Part shown: one piece after another, positions 27,553 through 39,922 of the stretch
How the letters are laid out: each line of letters begins with the position of its first letter
How positions within the stretch are numbered: position 1 is the stretch's first letter
NCBI GenBank assembly: GCA_021613535.1
Contig: CP075494.1
Span: 6,324,001-6,388,000 of the forward strand
Reading direction: 5' to 3'
Length of the DNA: 64,000 nucleotides
Source of the DNA: Adineta vaga
Lineage: Eukaryota > Animalia > Rotifera
The notes under the pieces: generated by a model
Told to the model about the DNA's origin: nothing
The model's input: the letters and a program-made list of their open reading frames with translations, nothing else
Database searches by the model: none
Position numbers and translations under genes: made by a program

Positions 27553-30500
27553 TTATTTGGCTTTAGCTTTTTTAGCAGAACCACCACCGGCTTTGCCTTT
27601 CGCTTTCGTTTCACTTGCTGCTCCAGCTTTACGTTTCAGACCTTTATTAGCAACAATCGGACTTTCCTAAACAATAACAGAAAGAAAAAGCTATAAAATA
27701 TTCATGCAAATCATCAAAACATACAGGTTTTTTTACATTCGATGTTGTCGCTGTTACAGTACGCGATACTGTAAAGAACGTATCAAGGCGACCTTGTTGA
27801 GTAGTTGCTCGAGCTTTTGTTAATTTTTTGGAACCATTACGAATACGATCTTCACTGGAAAAGAGAAACGTTCTTATGCAGATTAAATAGCTTTTGTAGG
27901 ACATCTATCCGTCAATATTATAATTGGTTGATTTTTTTATTTGATGTACTTACTCTTACTCAACAAGAATTCATATATTTTCTTTTTTCCTTATATCTAC
28001 TGAGAAAAGCTTTTTCATAAGTGCAAAGAGAAAAACAGACGGTTTGTTTATTTTCATTTTTTTAATATTTTCAAATGAATCATATGACTATATTTTCTAT
28101 TTTACTAGATAAACTAGAGATATTTAAATAATAGAGTTATCGTTTTACTCAATTCAGTCGATAAGAATACTAAGATGACATCACCCTATTATGTCAAAGT
28201 TTATTTTACAAAACAACAGCAACAACAACAACAACAACCAGAAATCCGTCGATTTGCTGTAAGTATCTTGACAACTGTTTTACATAGATTTAATCATAAT
28301 CAACTTTTTTAGCTTGATATTTCACCAGAAAATAATATCTATCAAGACTTATGTACAAAAATAGCAACATATCAACCGGATATTCAATTACATGGTTATA
28401 CCCTTCAATATATCGATGATGAAAATGAACGTATTACATTCAGTTCGACAGAGGAATTACGTTCGGCAATATCTACTAATAAAGATATAAATGCTCTGAA
28501 GATTTTCGTTACTGTCAATCAACCGACAACAACAACTACTACTACTACTGCTGCTTCTGCTTCGGCTAGTAATAAAGAACAACATGTAGGTGTGGAATGT
28601 GATGGTTGCAAGGGTTCAATCGTTGGTTTTCGATACAAATGTGTCGTATGTCTAAATTATGATTTATGCGAAAAATGTTCATCAGAAGGTGTTCATTCAG
28701 AACACGATATGATTAAAATATCTAAACCGGGAAATTTCTATCATCCATATGGTCCTCGTCATCATAATCGTCGTCATCGTTTTTCACCTCCAACACCTCC
28801 GTCATTATTTCCTAATGGAGATTTCTTTGAACAAATTCAAACACAAATTCCTCAATGGTTGCCCAACCGTGAAAATACAGCCCACTTTCGTACACATATG
28901 CAACATCATATTGATAATATCAAAACAAATACTCAAGCTCATATGCAACATTCAAGACAATATTTAGAGAATGTTGGACAATATTTACAACAAACATTAT
29001 CCCCATTTGGTATTGATTGTGAATATCGTGTTGATGGACAAGCAGCATCAACTAACGATAATTCTGCTCAATCCGAACCAAGTGCGGTACCGAAGACTTC
29101 GAATACTACAACGGAAACCAATCAACAACAAAATGGAATTTCGTCGTTATTGAATATGTTTCGTGGTTCAGGTGTGAGTTCTTCATCAACAACAACTCAA
29201 GCGAATTCGCCGAATGAAACAGGTAATTCATCGGGAAAAAATGTTGAAGAATGTGTTGAAAAGTTGAAAGCAATGGGATTTGATGAAAAAGACGAAAGTC
29301 TAATGGAACTTATTCGTTCAAAACAAGGTGATCTGAATTCTGTTCTTGATGAAATCAATACACGTCAACAGTAAAACCAATTTCAACAAATTCATATATC
29401 CATCTTTCTATATATATATATATATAGACATAATTTTTGCTTTTAAATTTGTAAATTATTGAATATCAATCAAGCACATTCAGTTAATCTTGAAAATCTC
29501 CTTTCTTACGACTAATAAAATATTTCAAAAAGATCTACTTACGAAAATCCTTTTTCATTGACCATATAGGCTACAAGCCCGTTCTCATCCGGTTCCGTCC
29601 ATTTTAACTATATAGAAAACTCTAGCATTTAAATAAATGAAATCATATGTATATATATATACAAACATCAATTGCATCAACTGATAAAACATCAGGTACT
29701 TTAAATAATTGTCTAGCTTGTTCATAAGCCCAATCATCTGGTACACCATATTTCTAATCAAGTGAAATCGAAAGAAGGAAGAAAGAAAGGAATAATTAAA
29801 GCGAATTTCTTCTACTTACATTTTTATCGATATTTTTAAGAATTGTTTCAATATTTCGATGTTGTTTAATTAAATCAAGTGCACGTTTTTGTCCAATACC
29901 TTTAATTGAATCACAATAATCACAACCAAGTAAAATACATAAATCAGTAAACTAAATAAACGTCGAATACATTATACAGTAAACAAAAATGATTTTTGTT
30001 ACTTCTTCAAAACTGATTCCTAAACATTGGAGAACTTTTGACAAAGAATATTCACGTATTGGCATTTTTCTAAACATTTCAATACACTTGTCTTTATCAA
30101 TTAATAATATCGATATTGAACTTACCGTGCTTCACTAAATGTCAGATGACGAACAAGAACATCGGCACCGAATGTTAAAGCCTAAATCAATAATTTCATT
30201 ACAAAATAGAACTGAATAAAATCTTACGTACATCCATATCTTCAGTGCCTACTCCATAAACTTTGCCTTGTTTGACAAGAGCAGCACATTCTGAATGGGA
30301 AAATATAAGAAATATTTATTTTAATTGAAAATTTCATCATACGAGCTTCAGCTTCAGTCGGTGCATCTACATAAGGAACACCCATTAATTTTAATAATCG
30401 TTTACAATCTTCATTATGTTCACGCGTTACTTTAACTGTTCGACGAGCAAATTTATCAAAAGCTGCTTCATCACCTATAAGATAACTGATCAGTCTTTTC

Positions 30501-30948
30501 CTGATCGCTCAAAAAGAATATTTTTCGTTACCAGCATCGGCTGCTTTGGACATTTCAGATTCCGCTTCAGTTCGTCGTTCAAGACGTTTTTCTAATTCTT
30601 TCGATTTCATCTGTGGTGGTTTACCATCAAAAACATAAACCGGTTTAATCCCATTTTCGATCATTCGAATAGTTCGATAGAACATGCCCATCAAATGACT
30701 TGTTGTTTCACCACTATCATTTGTTAAATTCTCACCATTCTGTCGAACAGCAATCAAAAATTGATAGATCGACATTGAACTAGAAAATGCCACTCATTTG
30801 CATACGATTAACTACTGGATAGGTCTCATGTCACATTTACTTACGCGTCGATCGCAATTTTTCTTCCAAAATAATTTGCCATTTCTCCTTCTTTAATTGC
30901 AGCTGGTGCTTGATCAGCAATTAATTTTGCTAAATTATGAATTCCCAT
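27553..30948 (-). CDS. FEN1: Flap endonuclease 1, multi-exon, with one ~1.7 kb intron (~27856-29542)
   Basis: [12 protein letters not shown]..., [71 protein letters not shown] box QGRLDTFF, basic tail. Confidence 0.97.
28175..29374 (+). CDS. SQSTM1: Sequestosome-1/p62 (Ref(2)P-like): PB1 + ZZ + UBA, one intron 28259-28312; nested in a FEN1 intron
   Basis: VKVYF...EIRRFA PB1 with [13 protein letters not shown]; ZZ finger [27 protein letters not shown]...HSEH; [19 protein letters not shown]; UBA with MGF. Confidence 0.92.
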
Positions 30949-31044
30949 GGCGTAGTTATATATTTATATGAATCTCAAAACAAAAACAAAACATATTTCA
31001 TTCTTATTTTTTTCATTTGTTCGATTTCAACAGAAGAAAAAACA

Positions 31045-31602
31045 TTATTTCTTAGAACTTCTTATTCCAGTCTGTCCATTATATCTTATTTTTCCATACG
31101 AAAATGGTACATATCGATGACGAATCATATGTAAAATACGTTGTCGCATTGTTAATACAAATAATACAATGAAATAAATGACAAGTATTGGCCACATTAC
31201 TGGAATATTTAAGATTGGTATGAATGCTAAGATTAAACTAATAACTAAAGCTTTGAATGTAATATACCAAAATTTAAATTCTGGTAAACGACGCATAAAT
31301 GGTCGAAATTCATCGGAAGATCTTGTGGGTAAACTTGGTGCATCGTCATCATCATCGATATCAGCGATCGATGGATCTTGTTTTGGTGTTAAAAAGAGAA
31401 GAAATTGATTGAGAAGAAAGATTCCAAGGCAATATGCGATGATATAGAAACCTTGTGCGAAGAAAATTCGAAGAGAAAAAATAATTAAGACGAACAAATT
31501 TGTTAACCAGCGAATAGTAACATATGGTGTAACACGATCAAGATAATACTGAATGAATATTTCCAGACGAGTAAAATTCGAGACGTTTTTATCTGTTTCC
31601 AT
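31045..31602 (-). CDS. RER1: ER retrieval receptor RER1 (intronless)
   Basis: YLDRVTPY...QGFYIIAYCLGIFLLNQFLLFLTPK.DP...EFRPFMRRLPEFKFW...PVMWPILVIYF...TMRQRILHMIRHRYVPF. Confidence 0.97.
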   Translation of the reverse strand: METDKNVSNFTRLEIFIQYYLDRVTPYVTIRWLTNLFVLIIFSLRIFFAQGFYIIAYCLGIFLLNQFLLFLTPKQDPSIADIDDDDDAPSLPTRSSDEFRPFMRRLPEFKFWYITFKALVISLILAFIPILNIPVMWPILVIYFIVLFVLTMRQRILHMIRHRYVPFSYGKIRYNGQTGIRSSKK

Positions 31603-32144
31603 TTGACTTTTTATTTATTTCAAGAATTTTGTCAAAATTGTGAAAGAGAACAAGAATGAATTTCTATTGGTGAGAAGAATAGAGGACGCTCGAATTTGTT
31701 ATGTCGAAGAAATTTTTTTCGAATAAAAACATGAATTTTCCGATAGAATTTTATTTTTGTTTGAAAAAAAATTCAAGGATAATTTTTGTTTGACACAATG
31801 ATTGATCATGAGTTTCAGGGTCATTCTCGACCTATTGATATTAATCTGGAACTGTAGCGTTTAAATTTATCTTATTGTCTTTTTGTTCGTCCAAAGGCAA
31901 AGAAAACTAGAAAAGAAAATTTCGAAATTACGTATTGATTTGATTTCTACCGAAAGAAACTAGATATTACTTTCACGGTATGTATTCATTTTCTGTTTGT
32001 ATCTCTATACAATATATATATATATATATGTTTTCGTTATCAACATGTGTTCTCGTCGAAAAATCAATAGGTTAAAATCTATCAATTCAATATTGAAATA
32101 GCATTATATAACCATGTAGACGATCTTTACAACTTTTTTAGATC

Positions 32145-34542
32145 ATGTCAAAAACAGATCTTAGTGATATTTGCGGACGCTTTTTAACTTCACGTTTCAC
32201 TAAACAAACCGAATCATTACATTTAAAATCATCATTAAACAATGAACATATTGCTAATGAACACAAACGTCATACAATTCTTACACAAAAATTATTATTT
32301 AAACCTTATAAAAAGAATCCATTAGATCAATTACGTAAACGTTATTCGAATCTAATTACTTTAGTTAGTCATGAAACTATCAAACCAACGATTATTAATC
32401 ATTCAACAACAACAACAGCTCCGAAAAAAACTTCATCATTAATGATGAATTGGAAATTATTAAAAGATCGTGGTTCGGGATTGATTAATCTTGGTAATAC
32501 ATGTTTTATTAATGCATCATTACAATGTTTAGCCAATACACCACCACTTGTTCAATGGCTTTTATCAAATTCTCATCATCAACATTGTCGAATGAAATTA
32601 GAAAAACAATTTTGTTTATTTTGTGAAGCTGAACGAATTGTTAAATTAATTCATTCTAAATCCTCTTATTCATCTTCATCATCATCAATGGGCCCAGCGA
32701 ATCCAAATAATATCGTTCGACGAATAAAAGATATATCAAAAACATTTCGTTTCGGACGTCAAGAAGATGCCAGTGAATTTCTCATTTGTCTAATTGATAA
32801 AATTGTCGAAGCGTGTCTTCGTTCATCTCAACCACCTGAACGTTTACGTCCATCATCAGGTACATCCTATGATCAATTGTGTCATTCTCAAACATTTCTT
32901 CATGATCTATTTGGTCTTGTACTTCGTTCACGTGTTATTTGTTCACGTTGTCGTTATACATCTGATACATTTGAAGTTCAATATAGTTGGATTGTTGGCG
33001 TACGTAATCATTCAGATTTAAGACAATCACTACAACAATTCGTTTGTCGTGAAACATTATCTGGTGAAAATTTATATCGATGTATGAAATGTAAACAATT
33101 AGTACCTGCAGTGAAACGATATACATTACATAAAGCATCGAAAATTTTACTAATTAATTTGAAACGTTTTGAATTTGGTAAAAATTCACATAAACTATCA
33201 CATCTTGTTCGTTATCCTGAACGTCTCAATGTGAAATCATATATGAGCGAAGAAAATTCCAATGATCAATCATTAAATTATCGTTTATATGCTGTTTTAG
33301 TTCATGTTGGTTCATCGATGCATTCCGGACATTATTATTCATATGTACGTTCACCAAATAATCGTTGGTATAAAGCTGATGATACAACGATGACTCAATG
33401 TGATTTAAATCAGGTTTTAACACAACATGGTGCTTATATTCTATGTTATATTAAAGAAACAGAAACAGAAATAGAAATAGAAAATCATATGACAAATGGA
33501 ATAACATCAACGAATAATATTGTTTATCAAAATGGAAAAGTGAATAACGGTGAATGCAAAACAAGTACAGCAACAACTAATTCTAAGTTTTTCGTACCAC
33601 GTTCAATAACGTCCACTCAGAATCTTCCAAAACAATGTATGTGAAAATTGTTTTTTTTTCCTATACAAATTCATAAGAGAATAAAGTTCTTCCGTTTTCA
33701 ATTTTTCTTCTCTAAATTTCTTGAGAAGAACAGCAATTGACACTTTGTATATGTAGCTATTTATTAATTCGAAGACAATGTCTAGATTTGTAGAAGAGAT
33801 TGTAGATTGACTAACAAGATATTTGATTATTATTCTTCTAACTAAAAAGTATTGAAATATTGACTAGTCTATAACTCTTCTTATGATTTCACTTCATCTG
33901 CTATATCTAGTGAATGGTGTTAATGGACATGCAAAACCAACTATTGTTTCAACTAATGGTAATGGTATTTCATCGATCGCAAAACAAGAATCACATGTGA
34001 TGCACATTCCAAAAGTTCCTTCTCTTTCAAATAAGGTTTATAATCTTTCTCAATCTGATCGGGAACTATTTCTTTTACATAATTCTTTTTTTCAGCCGGT
34101 TCAATTAGAAAATAAATCATTATATGCTTCTGAACTTGAAACTAAATCAAATTCAACAAATACTTTCACACCATCTAGTTCATTATCATTAAATTCAACT
34201 ATACAAACAAATGGATCGTCGAAAACATCGAATGGACATACATCTATTTCGAATTCACACAATCATAATCATAATCATGAGAATAATGATGATTCATTGG
34301 AATTACAACAACCTGTCAAAAAGAAACAACGAGTTGAAGAATCACCATCACTTGTTTCCTCATCTCAGTCGACTTCTTTGAATGATCAATCGATTTCTCC
34401 ATTGACCAATGAATTACATAAGAAGAAAAAGAAGAAAAAACTTTTTCAACAACACCAGGATAATCAAGATCGTTTACATTCACCTTTATTCTCTTCCACA
34501 ATTAATGGACAGCATGTTAAACCTAAAAAACTCTCATCGTAA
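32145..34542 (+). CDS. Ubiquitin-specific protease, USP36/USP42 family; 2 coding exons (intron ~33637-33910)
   Basis: Cys box GLINLGNTCFINASLQCL, GRQEDASEF, His box YAVLVHVGSSMHSGHYYSY, WYKADD; C-terminal KKKKKKK basic patch. Confidence 0.9.
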
Positions 34543-35147
34543 TCGATTATCTTTCGAATTATTGTGATGTTTACGTATTATTATAATTTAAGTTTATCTT
34601 CGATATTGCATCCTTGTGCTCATATTGTTCGCAACAAGTGAGTTTTGTTGTTTATCGTAGCAGTGCAATTTGTTTTTTGCTCGAGTGTGTGTGTGTGTGT
34701 GTGTGTGAGTTTTGGTTCGTTTTTTTTTGTATTTCTTTGTTAACAGACACATTTGAGTTGAAAGAACAGAAATAAAGCAGATGAATTTTCAGGGTTCATC
34801 AAGTGAAGATGAAATAGACATTGTAATTTCTAACGAATATTGTTGACGTAATTCCATTTCTCAACAAACTTCGTCAATCGTTATTTGCATGCATACTATG
34901 AGTAAGAAAATATCAATTGTAGAAAACAACTCATGACATCGGAAAATATAATTGTATCAAAGTTACTGATATTAGTCATATCAATCTATAACTAGAACCT
35001 GAATCATTGACGCACATCGTCAATTGCACCGAATGAGTAAAATACAACCACGCATTTAATCGAAAATATGTCAGTTCTATAGCATATAAATTGTTTGCAT
35101 TTGCTCAGTTAAAATCAACTATTGTATTCATTCATATCAACAAAAAA

Positions 35148-35426
35148 ATGGGCAATTTACTCAGACGTGGTAATGCTGGAGGCTATCCTGGCGGAGGCTT
35201 CGGTGGAGGTTATCCAGGTGGAGGCATTGGTGGTGGTTATCCAGGCGGAGGCATTGGTGGTGGTGGTTATCCAGGCGGAGGCTATGGTGGTGGTTATCCA
35301 GGTGGAGGCTATGGTGGAGGCTTTGTGAACACAACAACCACTGGCTTCTTCCCACGTGGCCGACCTCGTGGTGGTGGCCGTGGTGGTGGTTGCCGACCTC
35401 ATGGTCGATCATATCGCCGTTATTAA
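35148..35426 (+). CDS. Small Gly-rich protein (92 aa) with GGGYP repeats and an RGG/Arg-rich tail
   Basis: MGNLLRRGNAGGYPGGGF(GGGYPGGGx)n...RGRPRGGGRGGGCRPHGRSYRRY; TATAAA at 35085; GC-rich island in AT-rich DNA. Confidence 0.7.
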   Translation: MGNLLRRGNAGGYPGGGFGGGYPGGGIGGGYPGGGIGGGGYPGGGYGGGYPGGGYGGGFVNTTTTGFFPRGRPRGGGRGGGCRPHGRSYRRY

Positions 35427-35825
35427 TATTATACCAATATATAAAGACGATTGAATTCAAAAGATTCAAGAAGTTCAGTGTACGTGTGTTTTTATTTTCA
35501 AATTCGATATAATTTGTTTGCAACAAGGAGATGGATTCATATCATCTCCTTGCTATTCTGTTGGAAATATACGTGATATTCTTTTCTACTTTATATTTCT
35601 CTTCTGTATCTATTATACTTTCTCATTTTGGGAAAAGTAATTCATTCGGAACGTGTAATATTGCATATATTTATATATTCGCAATACGAGGACCATAAAA
35701 ACAGACACATCAAGGTCAATATATACTCTAATTCTTAACACATATTATAACACAGTATTTGTGAAATACTGTTATAACTAATGTATCACTCTCAAGTAAA
35801 AGACAAAATAGAAAATTTACGATGT

Positions 35826-36701
35826 TTATTTTTTCTGTCGATTAAACACACCAATTCGATCATTCATTGCAACAAATATATTTCCTTTGGTATTGACAGC
35901 TAATGATTCAGGATATTCAATACCAATGGCAAACAATTGTTGAAATTGTCCATTATCATCAAAAAGTACAAGACGATCATTATGAGAATCGGCAATCAAT
36001 ATATGATGTGTATCTGGAAATGCAGTAATACCACGAGGACTTGATAATGGTGAAGAAAACTTTGCTGTTATCTCACTACCAAAACGTTGAACAAATATAC
36101 CTTCAAGGGTAAATTTATGAACACATGAACCTAAAATAGTTTATTTAATAAAGATATATTTATGAAGTTAATAGTAATAACCTTGTGGATCCGTGATATA
36201 AATATGTTCATCTGTAGCAATACAATATGATAATGAACTGAATATACTTTTGTTTCCAAAAAATCGTACGATATTTCCACTTTTATGATCATAAACTTTA
36301 ACTTGTCGATTTGCTTGATCACAAACATAAATTAAATCTTTTTTATCGACACAAATACCTTGATAATTCGTTAGGCCGGCATCAATATCATCACAAGCAA
36401 TTGTACGTGTTAAACGAAGATCATTATTTAAGATTAAAACTTGTATTTCATCACTCATGACAATTCCGCCATTACTCAAAACAGCTAAACCATTTTTTGT
36501 TCCATAATTACTGATAATTTTTGCGACTTTATTATCTTCCGTAAAAACAACGACACGTTCATTTTTAGAATCAGCTATAAATAATAACGAATCCGATGGA
36601 CGATATGCAATTCCACGTGGTTGATCAATAAATGATTTTCCATATTCTAAAGAACCAAGTTCACCAATTGAAAGAAATTCGAATTGAGATAAAGTTGACA
36701 T
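35826..36701 (-). CDS. Stand-alone NHL-repeat beta-propeller protein, one intron ~36132-36181
   Basis: PRGIAY...LFIADSKNERV, GICVD...IYVCDQANRQV, SPRGITAF...ILIADSHNDRL, YPESLAVNTKGNIFV. Confidence 0.85.
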
Positions 36702-37498
36702 CGTTTTCTCCTTTAATATAGTCACAGCAATCTTCTTCTATACAAAATGTATTTATGATAATAAGGCAACTCAGAAAGGAGAAATTCTTCTTGTCTAAAT
36801 ATAATTCAACGAGCTGAAAATGATGTATATCTTGACGTAATGTCTATTCCAGTCAACTAATATATCGAAGCAATCTGATCTATATGTCGTTCCGAAGAAA
36901 CTCGAAGAACAACAATTGTAGATGACAATTTCGTCTAAGAGAAAAAAATAGGATAATTTTATAGGAACAAATGGCTTTTTATTTGGGTAATCCTACTGTG
37001 GAGAGTACACTTGATTAATATAAACAAACTGGTTGAGAAATATAAATACAAATTACCAAATAATCCTATAAGATTTTTGATAAATAAGTAAATACCAAAA
37101 GTAATTGATATAAAGCAAGATACTTTAGTCTAGAGATCTGATTTCGTATCTTATCCCAATCAAAATTATGACGACTTTGCTGATTGATAGAAGATAATAT
37201 ATTGGAATAACAAGACTATTTCAGGAATACGGATATGTATCATACTTTTGCTAGAGTTTCATTTTAATTCAAAAATAAAAGAAAAATTTCACATAAAAAA
37301 CAAAAGAACATCCACGAATGAGATTTGAAAACTAGCACACTTTGCATACACCATCACCCTTAATAATTGTTAAATATTAGTATAAGATTATCAACAGAAT
37401 TTCTTCCCAATGTAACTGTATTGTATGAAAAGAGATTCGATTACTGACGAAAAAGAAAACAAGAAAATTTCATCAAAGAGCAGATCTTTTTTTTTCTT

Positions 37499-38160
37499 CT
37501 AATAAGTTGGTTCTTGTCGTGTGATTGTCGTCGTTGTCGTTGTTGTTTCTGTGTGTCGACCGCGTGGACCTGCACGAATCAATCGAAGTCGATTAAGTCC
37601 ATCGGCAAGATAGGCAATAAAAGCTGCAAAACCAAAAAACTAAAAGATAAGATTAACAAAAATATTGATTTATTTCCATTGTCAATTCTATACCGCTGCA
37701 GCTCCATAAACACCATTCGTTTTAGCAGCTGTTGCAACAACAATGCTAGCAATACAATAAAGCAATGCAATAATACAACAACAAAACATTTCCTAAAAAT
37801 TCAATTGAAAATTTTTTCATAAATTTGAAAAGAACAAAGTTACAATTAAAGGCCAACGTTCAGGTATACAAACAGCTTGAAGATTAATTACAGCCAATAA
37901 TATAAGAAATGTTGTTATAACAATTGCTAATACAGCAACAAATAAGAAGAAACCTTTATGACCAGTAAAGGTGAGAGAAGGTGCGACACCACCTAAGATA
38001 ATGCAAATAACATCACATACCTAAAAATAAAGATAATTCATTTCGAAACAAAGATGATAAAGATTGATTTTACGAATTGAACAATTTTTAATATGCCAGG
38101 TATTGTTCGAAGATATTTTAGGCTACATGTAAGTCGTGGAGATCGTGTATCATTATCCAT
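37499..38160 (-). CDS. MARVEL-domain tetraspan protein (CMTM/plasmolipin-like), 4 exons
   Basis: YLRTIPGILKIVQF, GFFLFVAV, WPLIE, YGAAA|FFGFAAFIAYLADG. Confidence 0.88.
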
Positions 38161-39886
38161 CGTTGAAATAACTTTCAAACGTAAAATCTATAAAAATAAA
38201 TCATCATTTTATCGATAGAATGAAAGAATAAGATCAAATGTAAAACAACATATAATAAATTCTTCATTCTTTTGACGAAAAAAAGATTAATAGAAGCTAG
38301 TTTTATTTGTCGAAGACATACTAAAAGACCGAACGGATAGAAGAAGAAGAAGAACATTCAAACAAAGCTAACAGTACAAGCTCTGTTCATTGTAGTAAAG
38401 TGATCACCTATTACTTGTACTGAGCAGCGACAAAACGTCACGTTACCTTGAATAAATACAATCGTGTCTATACCTACATAACAAGTAATAAATCAATACA
38501 TCTTCTATCAAATAGAATAAGATCGAAAGAAACTATATAGAAAAATTATAATGCATCATTTTACGATAGTCATAATAAGTCATTTGACTGTAACTATCTA
38601 TACCGAAAAATGATTCACTTTAAAACCAAAAAAATCCAATTGGTGTGGAAGAACCAATTGAATACGTTTAATTAGAATAAACGAGTAGTACCTTTGACAC
38701 TCATACTTTTTACTACATGTTATAGGAAAGGAATATAAATTTCCGTGAGTGTTAAACGACACAATCAATGTGAAAAAAAACGAGACACTTTGATACTACC
38801 GATGAAAGTATTTTTCTATCTATACATCGATTCTTAGATTGAAGATATAAGTTTTTGTGTATAATCACATGAAAAACTCTTTTTCCATTAAAACAATATC
38901 TCCTTCGTTTATGAAAAATGACTTGCACACTTCGAGTAGAATTCAATCACTTTCTTCATTCCCATGAATAACATAATTATCATCGTAATTAGCGGATCGT
39001 ATTTCTTCATACTATCTCAATCGATCAATTGATGAATGCTTTTCATCCGTTGAAATTCCCGTTTTTCTTTTTGTATAAATTTCATATTGATGTATATGAA
39101 TGAAAGGAAAACACACGTGGAATACTTTTTTGATCAATGATAAGATAGAAGATCTTCTTAATTATGAATCATTAAAACATGTTTTAGTTATTATAAGAAG
39201 TAAATGAATCGTTAGCAGATGTGAGCTGAAGAGATTGTTAGTTCGATGGAAAATTGTTTGATGAAATTGGTAATGAATTCTTTATTTGCCTTAGAAATTT
39301 TATATGTATATTCGGAATATTTTTCTAATGGAAGTTGAATGCCTGCAACTGCTGATGAACTTTTCTAAAGGAAACAATTTGGTTGAAACTTGTCATTCAT
39401 TTGCATATAGATAATATTTGAAAAGAATGAGAAGACGATTGGATTTATCTTGCATTAGTGTCGTCTTCAACTCTCTTTTTCAATCGAATCAGTGAACGTG
39501 CTGACTAAATAATAAAGAATTAACATTTTTTCCTCCGACTAGACAAGAGACAGAGGGAGAAGGGGGAAGAGAAGGAGGAGGAGAAGAAGAAGAAGAAGAA
39601 GGATAAATTGTTCTTTGTTAGTTTAGTAGTAATATGAAAAAAGAGGGAGAGAGAATTCTACAGGAAAATATTTATCATCATTTAACGCATTGATGTCGAT
39701 GTTTCCTGCAGTCAGTTCGGAAAAAATGATGATCGTTTCAAACCAACAAATATTGATGAATGACAACTACGATTTTTTCTCTTGTCCACTATTCATCTGC
39801 ATCTTGAGGGCATGACACGTAAATTTTGCGGAAAACATCTTTCGTTATTCTTTTTCTTCGCTGTTCATCAATTGTATCTCTTCTTG

Positions 39887-39922
<36 letters not shown>

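Noticed and set aside
35122-35526. Antisense and alternative-frame ORFs over the Gly-rich gene (WITTT and LDNHH repeats)
   Set aside because: Repeat shadows; the TATA box and AAAATGG start context support the + strand Gly-rich frame.
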